Assembly: GCA_010015805.1 (NCBI GenBank)
Contig: ML978122.1
Span: 2,080,453 to 2,144,452 of the forward strand
DNA: 64,000 bases
Direction: 5' to 3'
DNA from: Rhizodiscina lignyota
Taxonomy: Eukaryota
Below the pieces are notes generated by a model. It made no database searches. It was not told the origin of the DNA and saw only the letters and a list, made by a program, of their open reading frames with translations. Shown one piece after another: positions 49,043 through 61,890 of the stretch. How positions within the stretch are numbered: the stretch's first letter is position 1; every line of letters begins with the position of its first letter. A program made the translations under genes and the position numbers.

Positions 49043-51510
49043 CTAGTGAAAATTGTATGCTACATGCCCAGGATTCCCATGCACACTCACTTCCGCACTT
49101 AGTTCACCCAGTCTCTCCTGTGTCAGCAGCTCCACTCTGTTTCCTATCCCACCGGCCGGCATTTCGATGCGCTGTGGCGGACTCGGCGCCTCATATACAG
49201 CGGTGTCTACTCCCCCGAGTTCCGATCTTGGTGGTGCTGGTGTTGATATAGGTGACGGCACGCCTGTGTTTCCTTGCCAGTATGGCCATCCATTGTCATT
49301 ATATTGTGGTCCACTAGTGTGATTGTACATGTGGGCAGACGCTGGAAGTGCAAAGTCGAAGGGTGGATTAGGCCGCGAGCCACTGGAGGAGCGGCGGCGC
49401 CGTGCTCCGCCAACAAGGACGAAAGGGTCGTGACCTTGAGGTGGATGGCTTGGTGGGATCCCTGGATTTCTCGTCGGATCGGTGGGGAAATGGTCTGTAG
49501 GTCCCCTGCTGTGAGATGGAGGATGCATCTGTGTGTGATTGGTGTTGGGGCCGCCTGAGCCTGTGGTTGTACTGTTTGGAGTGTTTCCAGTCGAGGTGGG
49601 ATTGAGATTGTGAGCGCTCGGGCCATTGCTGCCAGGTCCTGTACTTGTACCATTCGGCATTGAGCTACGGCGATCGGCACCGGAATTAGTGGAGTGGAGG
49701 TTGGGATCATCATCGCCGCCATCGCCGTCTCCAGACCTGGGCTTATTCTTCGGAGCGTACGGTGGCACAATCGGCGGAATGAAAAACGAGACAGGAGCTC
49801 CTCCTGGTCCTAATGGTTGTAACAACGGCGTCGGATCTTGAAGTGGTGGGCCAGGAGGACCAAGTCCAGTCGAATTTGGCGGGAGCGCCGGCTGATTAGG
49901 GACACCCGTATTGTTCAGCGGTGGCTGAGGCTGAGAAGGAAGCCCAGTGTGGTTCGGATTGAATTCGTTCCCGTTTGGTCCAATGGGATGCGACATCTCA
50001 CTACCGTTTGGCGCATACGGATGCGTTGGTAAGCCTGTATGGTTTGGCGGTATGCCGTTCAGAGGTGGTTGCAGTTCGCTTCCATTTGGAGTATATCCTG
50101 GAGGTGCAGGTGTACCCGGACCAGAAACATGATTGACCTCCACGTTGGATCCTTTGTCGAAATAAGATGGAGACCCAGGCTGATGTTCCGTGCCCGTTGG
50201 ACCGAATGGGGAATGAGGCATGTTTTGAATATACTTGAAGAGGTACCATCCGCCTGCACCAAGTCCGGCAATGAGTATGGGAATACCTATTCCCAGTCCA
50301 ACTTTGGCACCGGTTGACAGCCCGCTTGGTCCTACAGAAGCAAGCGTGCAATTCTGAATTGGAAGATCAGACGTGACACCAATGCTGAACATTGCATTGG
50401 CTTTGTCTGTATTATCAGTAATCTCGATCTTGAGGTCACCGTCGGCTTCTGCGACAACATCAACCACCTCGGTTCCAGTATAGCCATAGCTGCCATAGTC
50501 AAAGGAGCTTGAACTCGTATCGTTGTTGACTGTTGCCTTTCCGAGAGAAGAGCCAGACGAGTCTGTTATGCTCACAGCTAGAGTACTCGCATTGACGCTT
50601 GTGATGGTGAATTCCAACTGCTCGCTCTTCTTCGCGGAATATGTGTAACTGCTGGATTGGGATTTGCTGACGTAACCAGTGGAGAGACCACTCAAGAGCA
50701 CATCTGAAGGTCCCTGTGAATTATCATTATTCGTAAGGCCATTGACAATGACGAGATTCACGAAGCTTTGCTGGGCGGTGCTATCGGTGATTGTTGAAAA
50801 TGTCCCTCCAGAGTTCATGATGGCAGCAAGAACTCCCGAATCTTGGTATGATGAATCCAATGAGAGGAAACCGAAGGATACACGGATGCCTTTCGCTGCT
50901 GCGTTATTGATGGTGTCAATAAGCTCCTGGGTGTTGTCGTCTTCGCCGTCTGTGAAGACGATTATCCCACTACGACCAGATGTTGTACCGGTTCCGTTTC
51001 CAATTTGATCCATGGCAGATTGGACACCACTAGCGATATACGTGCCACCATAAGGTTCAATCTGGCCGAAGGCCGAATTCGCGCCTGCTGGATCGCTAAG
51101 AGGGTATAAGATGTCTGCCTCACCCCCAAATTCAACAACGGTCACAAGATCGGCTTTGGCGTCCCCAGATGCTTTCGACTTTGGAATCAGCCATGAGTTA
51201 ATCGCTCGAGATGCAGAAATGCGGTAGTCGTACTGTCGAAAATTAGCAGGTATCGGACATATTTAAATTATGGATTTACAGGATCATTTTCCAGCATTGA
51301 GCCGCTGGCATCAATGACGATCCCAACCTTTCGGCCGCCATCGTTTGATTTCGCCTGCAATTCCGTACATTGAACCTGTTTGGTTGGTTTCTGTTTTGAC
51401 GAGGCTGGGGTAGTTGATAGGAGTTGACGGCCAGAAATTCTACCAGCGGACGTAACAGTTACAAATAGAAGCAAAATTGATACAATGAGTCTCATAGTGA
51501 TGGACGACAT
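49043..51510 (-). CDS. Secreted vWA-domain single-pass membrane protein with Pro/Gly-rich cytoplasmic tail, 2 exons
   Basis: Signal peptide, MIDAS DASGSM, GGTYIASG, VFTDGED, TM segment VGLGIGIPILIAGLGAGGWYLF, low-complexity P/G/N tail. Confidence 0.82.
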
Positions 51511-53351
51511 GCTGGTATTGTGATAACTGCCAGATGAGTCCCCAAGGAAATCGGCTTCATTTTGTATCAAGTAGATGCGCCTTTAAGTGTTAGCCAGACC
51601 AACAACTCTCAACTTCGAAGCGAGTGTGGCGGCCATACGATACGCCCTGTCCCTTGGCATTGGATAGTCAATACGAAACGAGGTGCAGCGGGAAAGTTGG
51701 TGGAGGACGTGTAGGTGATTGATGCTAAATTAGTTCACTGGCATGATAACCAATAGATGTCAAGGAAACGAAATAAGGACGATAATGAGAATCCAAAGGT
51801 AAAGGGAATAGAAAATAAGCGCCCCTGCGGTAGTACTACTGCTCCACTGTGTTTCTCGTACAGTAATGGCTTCCACAGCCCACGCATGCAACCGCTCATA
51901 GTAGGAAGAGATCTGATTCTCTACGGTTCCAACGATATGGTAGGGCAGGTTGCTGCGAGTGTGAAAAGAAAACTGTTAATTCCTTGTCTAAAGTTCAGCT
52001 TTAAGGGGGGGAGGCGCTGCTTGGCAACGCCGTCCGCGTTAACGTTAAATTTGATATTGGGCTGAACGACTTCGGCAAGTTCCACGACTGTCGGTGCTAG
52101 GTAACGCAGTTCTAATAATGGTCTGCTCCATCTTGGCAAGGCATTCTCGCGCTTTCAGCTGGAATTTGCGTGGTCAAAAGTCTCAATCACCTTCATGGCA
52201 GTCTCGACGAAGCTACTCTTGATTTTAACAAGAAACGAACGTCCTGGTTGACTGATGGGAGTTCCTGAGACCCGAAAGACTTCGTCGGAATATTAATCCA
52301 ATATCGGTCGGTACACTGCTGATGGTTGAAGGATTGATGATGAAGAATGTTGGGTTCCAGTCGAACTTCTTCAGTTCAGGGGCTAGCAGACGTCCACTGC
52401 CAAGCTTCCGCTCCGCGGGCGGACTTCCTCCCCGCACATTGGGGACATCTGGGATCAAAGTCCAGATATTCTTCCGCGCCTAGCGGTCTGAAACAGTTTC
52501 GAACATGTCTAACTTTCATATAACCCAGTGTCTCTCAGGCCAGCTCTGGATTCCGGACGCGTCGATGTCAAAGACCATCGTCTCTGTTTACTTGCAGGGT
52601 TCAGGGGCAGGGTCGTCTTCAAGGTCCAGGTTACTGAAAAACTTCGTCCCCAGAACTTCAACTCATCAGCAATGCCATCATCCATATATGGACGAACACT
52701 TCATAGGTTCATAGGCATCGTGATTTCGTGAAGGAGACTTTTGATCTTGCGACAACAGCCACTTCTTCATGGCATCATCCGCCATTTCGGCCAATCAACC
52801 GGGTTTGAAAGCTGAACCGTGCGACGCGCTTCCGAGACCCTCAGTGCGGGTCTTCTCGCCGGGGAAGGCCTCAAACCCAATCATTTTACGTGTCATCGTG
52901 CGATTCGATGCAGCGCTGATATCCAGAGACGTTGCTACGGCAGCGCACAAGGGTTTGCATGAATTTCAAACCGGGAGGACGACATGATGTGCTCATTGCG
53001 TTCTCTCGACGCGTGACGTCGCGCGTGCTCTCTTAGGCGACAGCTCTGACCTGGCCCAAGCCCAATGACGGCAAGAGCAGGGATACAACGAACGCACTTG
53101 CATTTATTGAGAGACATCCATGGACCTCAAAGAATTTTCCTCTTCCAGGCTTCACATGTTGTGAGACTGATTCACATTTTGCTTTCACCGAATTGCTTCA
53201 TCGCATATTGTGGCTCAGACAGTGGTGTCGCCGTTAACAGCTAGCTACCCTTTGCTCTCTGATATTTTATCCTCACCGCTGCTCTCTTCCTTGTCTGCCT
53301 CATTAAACGTTTCTTCCTTTGCCTCATACAGCTGATGAACTTCTAAACACC

Positions 53352-56300
53352 ATGGCTTCACAATCTTCGAATGCCCTTCGTCGGAAGAGAAGGAGCAGCG
53401 CCGTTGCTGAACGCGATAACAATAAACGCACCAAGCGAACATCGACGCCCAATGTCCAGCAGCTCCAGGCTGAGCGAGAGCAGTCCGAGAACCCAGGACC
53501 TGTAGCAAGCCAAGACACTATCGAAATGACTGAGAACGAGCTTAATAGCAGCATCGAGGTAGCCCAGCAAGCCAACAACGATCGCTCCAAGCATGTCCGA
53601 TTCGCTGGCCAAACCCCCTCCACCCACGCTGAGCATCCTCCAACTCCACCGGATACTGTCAGTCCTGCTATTCCAAATGACACAGGGCTGACACCGTACA
53701 TCCAGCGTACCTCATTATCGCCACACCCACAGAGTAGCTCTCATCGCCGTCGCAGCTCCATGACACCGATCATACGCGATACTCCTGATGGCACCGTCGT
53801 TGCAGAAGTACAGTTTTCTCCACTCAGTCAAGTCATTAACGAGCGATCCCGCCGTCGATTGAGACGAAGCCATCTTAGTGAGGAGGTCAATGACATCGAG
53901 GAGCATAAGAAGGAAGATGCGAAGACTAGGCAGGAGCTGGAGGAGTTAAAGAAACAGATGCAGGAGAAAAACAAGCGTATGAAAGAGCTGGAGTGGGAAT
54001 TGGAGAGCCAGCGACAAATGGGCATTGACATCTCTCAAGCTTCTGAAGAGGAGCAGAGGAAAAACCGGGAAATGCAGGAAGAGCTTAAGAAGCTGGAACA
54101 GGAAGTTGAAGAGCACAAACATGCCCATGATGTCTCAATGAGGGATGACGATGACCTGGTCCTTTTTGAAAATACAGTGGAAGCGCCTGATTCAAGAGAA
54201 GCCACTGCCATTGTCACCAATGAAGAAAACGACACTACCCTCATTGATCCAGGTGATACCGAGGTTTCGACTGGATCTGTTACGCCCGCGATCAAATTAC
54301 CTTCCTCGTTCGTAACGGAGCAAGCGCTGTACGCAGTCCATGATCCAACACGCGAAGCAGAAGTACAGCGCTTCGAGGAGGTCACCACACACCTGAACCA
54401 CGACCTCGCTGCTGCTAGGGCCGAACTTCAGATCCTCACCACCGAATTGCAGACCTTGGGCTTCTCAGGGCTCAATTCGGGTACAGAAAACGTCCTTACA
54501 AACCTGCGCGCCGCCTTCCATGATGCCCGTTACCAGCTCAACCACATGTTGCCCGAAGCAGAAGGCCACAAGTTCGAAAACGCGCAATTCCTTAAACTGC
54601 TTGTCGACAATATCCACAGCTTGCGGCTGAAGGTCGAGGACCAAAAGGAGATGATCCGCAAGGCGGATGAAACAGAGCTCGTCATGAAGGAACAGCATTC
54701 TAACCTTCTCGAGCAATTTACCGAGAGCGAACAGCGCAAGCGGCATCTCGAAAAGCAGTGGAACAGAATGGACCTCCTTGCCGAAGAGCGTGGAAAGAAG
54801 ATTGTCGACTTTGAAGACGAACTTAGCGAATGGAAAGAGGGCTGTGATGAGCGGGACAAGATCATTGCTGACGATGATCAAAGGATTGCTGAGTTGGAAG
54901 AGGATGTTGAGATGCGTGATCAGGACAAGGAGAGGCTGCAGAACGCGATTAACAGTTACAGGAAAGAGTTGGACCAGGCTGAGGCGCTGCTGCACAAGGT
55001 TGAAGAAGAGTATAAGCAGCATGTTGCGACGATGGAGATGGAACATGCACAGACCGTTTTGGATTTAGGTGCTCAAATACGCGATATCAACGACGCGAAA
55101 ATCACGGCTGAGAAAGACGTGGAAGCGAAAGGGACGAGGATTACACATCTGGAAGACGAGATTTCGCGTGCGACAAACGATATCGATGATCTCAAAACCC
55201 AGCTGGCAGCGTCGCAAGAAGAAGTTACCACACAACGCTCCCAGCGCGAGATGGCCGAGCTGGAGATCGACGAAAAGCAATCATTCATCACGGGCCTGGA
55301 GCTCAGACTCGAGAGCGCCGAAGAAAACCTGGACGATCTAAAAGCGCAGCTCGAGCAGGTCGGCAGTATTGCAGACTCGGAGCGCCATCAACGTGAGGCA
55401 GCTGAGGTAGAGCTTGATAATCGCAACACGGATGTTGAGATTCTGGATGAGCGTATAAAGAAAGCTGGCATAGAAGCCAATGTGATCAAGAGCAAGCTGT
55501 TTGAAGTGCAGCAGCGTCGGGAGAAGGAGGTTGCCGAACTCACGGCTGCTGCTGCGGGTCGCGAGGCGATTCTCAGCGCCGAGCTGGATGGAGAGCGAGA
55601 TGCGAGAGCTGCGGCTGAGGAGCGTGTAGAAGAACTCAATGATGTGATTGCGGATATGGAGGAGAAGATCAGGGCGACCGAAGACACGATGGAGCAGCTC
55701 CTTGCTGAGAAGGATGAAATAATTGCGGATCGTGAAGGCAGGATTCAGGAGTTGGAGGGAGAGGCGATTGAGGACGCGGAGAAAAAGTATGTGCCAGAGC
55801 CACCTGCATTGAAACACTTACTTATATGATTATTGTTACAGTGAAGCTACCATTGCGGCCAAGGACGAAGCTATCGAAGAGCTTAATGATAACCTCGACT
55901 CGAAGAAGCAGGAACTGGAGGCTTTGCAACAACTCAAACAGTCCCTCGAAAGACGCATCGAAGATGAAGCCGCCGCGATGCTTGAAGCCGAAAACGCCCA
56001 CAACGACACCATTGCTGGGCTCAACTCGTCCCTCAACGCGCGGGACAGGGAGATTGGAAAGCTCCTACTGGAGCAAGAAGATGCAGAGAAGAGATATGCA
56101 GAAGTGATGCACGGCAAGAACGAGAAGATTGAAGATCTTGAACTCTTGGCTGAAAGTCGACTGGGCGACATCAACAATCTCCATGTGCAGGTCAACGACT
56201 TGAAGGACAAGCTGAGCCAAAGCGTGCGTATGAGCAGGGAAACTGTTGATAGGATCAATAAGAGGATGGCTACAGCGCTGGCTGATAGTCAGAACGAGCA

Positions 56301-56544
56301 ACGGGAGTTGGTCGATGAGGGCGATCGATTGATGACGGATGCTGGATCGCAGATTCTGATGGTTGATGGTGCGGCTGATGCTGAAGAACTCAAGCCATTG
56401 CCCACGAGAAGCACGAGGGCTACTGTCAGGAAGCGAAAGAGAGATCATGACTCTGGCATTGGTCTTGACAGAAGCAGTGAAGAGGAGGATGAGGAGAGCA
56501 TGGTTGAGGACATGAGCCCATTCCTGACTGCATCAGCGTTGTGA
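53352..56544 (+). CDS. Long coiled-coil protein (uncharacterised; basic NLS-like ends), 2 exons
   Basis: ATG MASQSS at 53352. EVQFSPL..RRRLRRSHLSEE motif followed by several hundred residues of E/K/L heptads. Intron near 55788-55841. C-terminal RKRKRDHDSGIG. Confidence 0.8.
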
Positions 56545-57265
56545 AGGCCTAACAGGTATGGACTTGTTCTTGCATCTTCAAACTTGCAGACATACTGTCC
56601 TTCATTCTGTACGCATATCAGCGTTTTGGGGAGTCTGTAAATATTGCCTAACGATGTAACGACTGGCGAATATTGATTGGTCCTCTTTTTCTTTCCTGCA
56701 AGATAGCAGGGCAGTTCTAGGGTTTGTAGAGCACTTGCAGCCTTATCAATAATATTTTCACAATCCAATTCCATGATAGGCGTTATTCCTGCTTGTTACC
56801 CGCAGGCACAGCTCGTCGGCGGCCGACGACGGACTCCGCAAGTGTGCGGAAGCCTGCAAGCTGGATGCCAGGTGAGCAGAAAAACTTGTCTGGACAGCAA
56901 GCTTGTGTGCTGGGGCTCAATTCCGGCGGCAGGATAAATAGAAATGACAATTGCTTTGCTCTTCTAAGCCCTCTCAGTTATTCCTAATTGCGCGTGCGGA
57001 GGATATCATTTATTATCTAGGGCTGGATTGATTCCCGCGCTCCTGCCGGTTACGGAGCTCGCTTGCTCTGAATATGGCAGCTGCGCTCGACCCCCCGATT
57101 TATCGGGATATCGTCATCGGACCGAGAGAGCTCTCCCCAATATCACCTCCCACATGCACCACTCACACAGCTGCCTTTTTCGACCATTGCTGCACCTCTC
57201 AGCTCCCTTACTCTAATCCTGCCATACACTCATGGACACCATTTAATCTCCCCCTCTCCCACAAA

Positions 57266-59116
57266 ATGGCTGAGAGCCAGCAATCCAATTCACCTTCCCC
57301 TCCAATGTCGCCACTCCTCGACCTCCCCGCCGAACTCATCGACCATATCCTCTCCTACGTTACGCCGCTCGACCTGGTCTCCGTATCATGGACTTGCCGT
57401 CTCCTCCACGAGCACTGTCTAACTGATAGTCTCTGGCATCCACACGTCAACGCCAATCTACCTAATCCCCTCTCCTCACCATCGCCATACCCATCCTTTC
57501 GAGCCTTGTACACTGCCCATCACCCGTACTGGTTCCTGACCCGCCACCAACTCTGGTTCGCCGACACCCCGCACACGGGGAAGCTGCTCCTGGCACGGTA
57601 CTCCCCCCAACGAGCATGCATCGAGGCGTACAGCCTGAACGCCGAGCGCGGCGCGCACACGTTCCAGTTCTGGGAGCATGACCGTGAGGTTATTATTCAT
57701 ACGTTCCATCCGACCGTCACGTTGGATCTCAACGCGCCGGTGCTGAAGCTCGACTCTGCGGCGTACTTCCGTGCGGAGCTGCTGAGAAATCAGCTAGCAA
57801 GCGATGGGTCGAGTGCGGGAATGCCGAGCAAGCTACAGCTAGAGATACCGATGAGCACGTACTCGAATAGCCGGATGGCGCATGGGGGCGCGGCACTGTA
57901 CAGCCAATTCATGCTCACGCGGCCTTTGCCGCCCCATTTGATATCGCGCGGCACAGCGGTGTGGCCGCCATTAGTAGTCCCGAGTCCTGGCCCTGAGGGC
58001 GGCGAACGCACACGCAACGAGAGCGTTCAGTTGTATAGAGGGATAAGCCACAAGCCAGAGCGGTGGGATGAGGCGAGCCAGACGACCTGGCGCCTGCGAC
58101 GCTGGATGGAATTCACGAGTCGTGGCCACGATCCGTTAGGCATGCACCTGGTGCGAAACGAGACGGGGGATATGGTGCCCCAGGTGCAGGCGCAGAGCCC
58201 GTTCGGCCCGGCGATCGATACAAGAGTCAGTATTGGGATGGGGTTGCATCCAGCGTCGAGTGTGGGGCGGAATGGAGGTATTAATCTGCGGGTTGGAGAG
58301 GATGTCACGACGTTTGGGACGCTAGATATGAGCGCGTATACGCCGACGAAGAGCAAGCCGTGGCAAGGGATTTGGGTGGGAGACTACAGTGGACATGGTT
58401 GCGAATTTTTGGTCGTGCTGCAGCCAGACGAGGAGGAAGTCAGAAAGGGCAAGAGGCCATTACCTCAGCAAGCGGCGGTGCTGCTGAGGGAGATGGAGGA
58501 GCGGGATCGCTGGCAGAGAAGAGAGATGGGCGAAGAAGAGGAAATTCCGGTAGCGCAATCGAATCTGCTGCTTCCAGAACCCAGCGACGTACTGCCGAGC
58601 GACTCGGCGTACCATGTTGTCAACGTCCCCGACGACGATGGGGGGGAGGAGGTGGCACTCATGGAGCTCTTGGCGGCACCACATCATGTCGAGACGCCGC
58701 TACGCTTCACTAGCGAAGACGAACCCGCTGATGCAGACGATGATGCGTATCGCGGCAGAATCGAGGCCGTCAAGCTCACTGGCGATCCCAACATCCCGAG
58801 AGGCGAGTACACGTTCATCGCGCCGGATATTGGCCCTGCAGGGCTGGTGCGAGTTGCAACGGAGGAGATGTTCCGCGGCGCGAGGGTCGTTCGCAGCGTG
58901 GGACATATTGCTGCGAGAGGATTCAGAGAAGGTGAGTGCATGGATTCTAGCTTCCAGGAATGAAAGGTCTAATGCTAATAATTGGTGATAGATGGGTACA
59001 CGCCCAGCCAGTTGATTCTGGTGAGCCACGACACGCTGGCGCAGTATTGGGAGGCGTTCGGGCATATCAGCTTCTATAAGCGGGTGGATATTAAGCCGCT
59101 TTTGAAGACGGAGTGA
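57266..59116 (+). CDS. F-box protein, FBXO31-like C-terminal domain, 2 exons
   Basis: F-box LLDLPAELIDHILSYV..VSWTCR, WQGIWVGDYSGHGCEFL, EAVKLTGDPNIPRGEYTF. Last exon is DGYTPSQLIL..HISFYKRVDI. An upstream in-frame ATG at 57074 is also possible. Confidence 0.85.
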
Positions 59117-59176
59117 AAGATGTGATTTACTGGTGGGCATAGCGAGGAAGTTTGCACGTCTTAGCCTCATGATGGA

Positions 59177-59506
59177 AAGCCGTATGACCTCGAATGAGGC
59201 GGCATGATAGGAGTATATACTGCATTTTAATGGACCAGCCTCGGCTACAGGTGGAGGTTGCACTTGGATATCATTCGGATCTCCTTGTGTTCGTTGGTCT
59301 GACTTATGAAAATTGAGAAGAGCGTATGTCTGCGTGATGGAGAGCTGCAGGGTCTCAACTGCTGTAGCCTGATAGGGGTATACCATACATTCTAATTAGC
59401 CAACCTCGCCTACGTATGGAGGTTGCATTTGGATATCGACAGAATCTACTTGCGTTCGCTGTTCTGACTTGTGGAAATTGATGGAAGTGCATGTCTGCCT
59501 GATGAA
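59177..59506. repeat. Diverged 2 x 165-bp tandem duplication
   Basis: 59177-59341 and 59342-59506 align without gaps, e.g. ggaggttgcacttggatatc vs ggaggttgcatttggatatc and tctgacttatgaaaattga vs tctgacttgtggaaattga. Confidence 0.85.
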
Positions 59507-60543
59507 TGTCTCAAACCAACGTACGCCTTGTCGAGGTTCTTCTGATTGTCGCGCTTGCTAACATATGCCTTCTTCAATCCCGCGACCAGGAGCTTCTCCT
59601 TCAGGTTGGTGAGAGTTTTCTGTGGCCAACGTGATCATAACTGATATATATATATATGACTGCTAGAGGGGTCCAGCACTGGAATTGCGAAACCAGTCGT
59701 GACGCTGTCTCAAAGCAACCCCGAATGCCAGTCTCTTCCGCACTGATAATGGGAAACTTAGTAAGCGTCCACTGTTATAGTGATATGGAATGAGGTACTT
59801 GAAATCCGATGTTAGCGAGGCAAGAGTACAGAAGGTTGCCAGGGAATCAACACAGATTTAACCATCCTTAGTTAATACATAGAACTAGCGCAGAGTCCTC
59901 CGCAAAAATTCTGACCAAAAAATAAGGAGACATGATCTTCTTTCACTAAGCGCTACCGCAGGGGAAATGTATTTAGAGCAGTCGGGCATGAATGCACAAG
60001 TCGTGCGAACCACACATGAATTGGAATCGTCTTTCATTAAAAGGGAGAGCTGCCACACTCGTCTATACAGCTCCGACGAAGATTGGGAGACATGCTCTTT
60101 TTGGCCAGGTATTACTGCAAGGGGGCTTCGTCAGACAACATAGGAGAACTGAGCATGTGGCAGTGTTCTTTCTGCCGATTCATTTACATGACCACAAGTT
60201 ATCCAGGAGTTCGACGATGCATCTTAGAGTACTCTTTCAAAATTGTTCGATGCGTTGAGCGAATATGCTTTTCGCAACTGCGGATTGTGTGCGCCAACGC
60301 GGCGCATAATTGATCAATATTGCCCAACATACGGAAGCAGTCTCCGGAGATATCCTCCTTGCGATTAAAAGTGAATCCACATTATGCTACAAAAGTTCGA
60401 CCATCGTCGATATCAGACGTCGTCCAATTGACGTTGGCGTGCCAAGACTTCCGCCTCGGTAAATTCCGTCCGCACAAACTAAAATCTAAACCCGCCTGCA
60501 TCAACCTCATCCAAACAACGCCAAATCGCCAACAACAACCACA

Positions 60544-61273
60544 ATGGCGACAGAGTTGACGGTCCAAAGCGAGCGCGCTTTCCAAAAGCAGCCACATATC
60601 TTCCTCAACCACAAGGGCGCCGTCAAGAGCAAGAAGGTCGGCAAGGGCGGTCGACGATACTATAAGGATGTCGGTCTAGGCTTCAGGACGCCTAAGACGG
60701 CGATCGAGGGCAGCTACATTGGTATGACTCCCTATCTCTGCTTCGCTCTCCGGCGCGGAGCGCCAAAGTCGTGATAGCCTGATAAGGTGGCTAACGCGAT
60801 ATTCCGCACAGACAAGAAGTGCCCCTTCGTAGGCCTGGTCTCCATCCGTGGCCGTATCCTCACCGGCACCGTTGTCTCGACGAAGATGCACCGTACCCTC
60901 ATCATCCGCCGCGAATACCTCCACTATATCCCCAAGTACTCCAGATATGAGAAGAGGCACAAGAACCTGGCCGCGCACGTCAGCCCAGCGTTCCGTGTGG
61001 AGGAAGGTGACCAAGTGACGGTGGGACAGTGCAGGCCTCTCAGCAAGACGGTAAGACACCTTGTTTCTTTGTTTCAATGGCTTCCACAGTTGGAGCATTG
61101 CAAGACAAGAGTTTGGACATACCCAATTTTGGCAACCAGCCTCAACTGGCCGCTGTTGCTCTCCAGTTAAAAATATCGGACAAGTACTCATATGTGCAAT
61201 ACAGGTGCGATTCAACGTTCTTCGCGTGCTCCCGAGGACAGGCAAGCAGGTCAAGCAGTTCAACAAGTTCTAG
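60544..61273 (+). CDS. RPS11: 40S ribosomal protein S11 (uS17), 3 exons
   Basis: [70 protein letters not shown]. Confidence 0.97.
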
Positions 61274-61890
61274 GTAAGGCAAGAGGGTGCGGGAGTGGAG
61301 CATTCTGACACTTTTCACGGCTTTCAATGGATTTGTCACACGTTTGCATGGGTCATGGCGATTAGAAGTAGCAAATGCGACTTCAATGGGAGCTTGAAAG
61401 GCTCTTCCTGAAATCTTCATCATCCATTGTCATTGTTGAATACTATTTGTGTTACTGTGTCTCGTGAATACGACTTTTGCTCGACATCGACAAAATAGCT
61501 CAGCGAGAAAATTGACGGCCATTTACCAGCGGCTAATCTCGCACTTCAAGGCAATCAGAAATATCTCTGGAAGTTCACATTTCGGATCGTGCTCAAGAAG
61601 AAAGTGCAAGTTCAATATTCGTATTCGAATTAGAATCGGAGTTAAGAAGATCATCATGGTCCTAGCCATTTGACCTCTACAATGCAGATCAACTTTTGTC
61701 CTCCCAGAAATTTCCGCGCCAGCTTTATTCTTGGGGTATCTCCAGAAGCAAAGCAAGCAATCTGCCACCCCGGTGATGAGGGTAAAACGCATGCGTACCA
61801 ATGGCATAAAAGTACATTAAGTGGGAAACTTGATTGGTGAAACCCCTTGTGGCGCTGGCCACAGTGTCAGTGAAGATGGGCGTGAGGTGC

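Noticed and set aside
52225..52640. Possible minus-strand pseudogene (coding-like frame with stops at 52588, 52516 and 52480)
   Set aside because: No recognisable domain, and the stop density is not clearly below chance.
53324..56448. Numerous antisense ORFs over the coiled-coil gene (similar ones overlie the SNF2, MFS and cnxE genes)
   Set aside because: These are shadow ORFs produced by the codon bias of the real genes.
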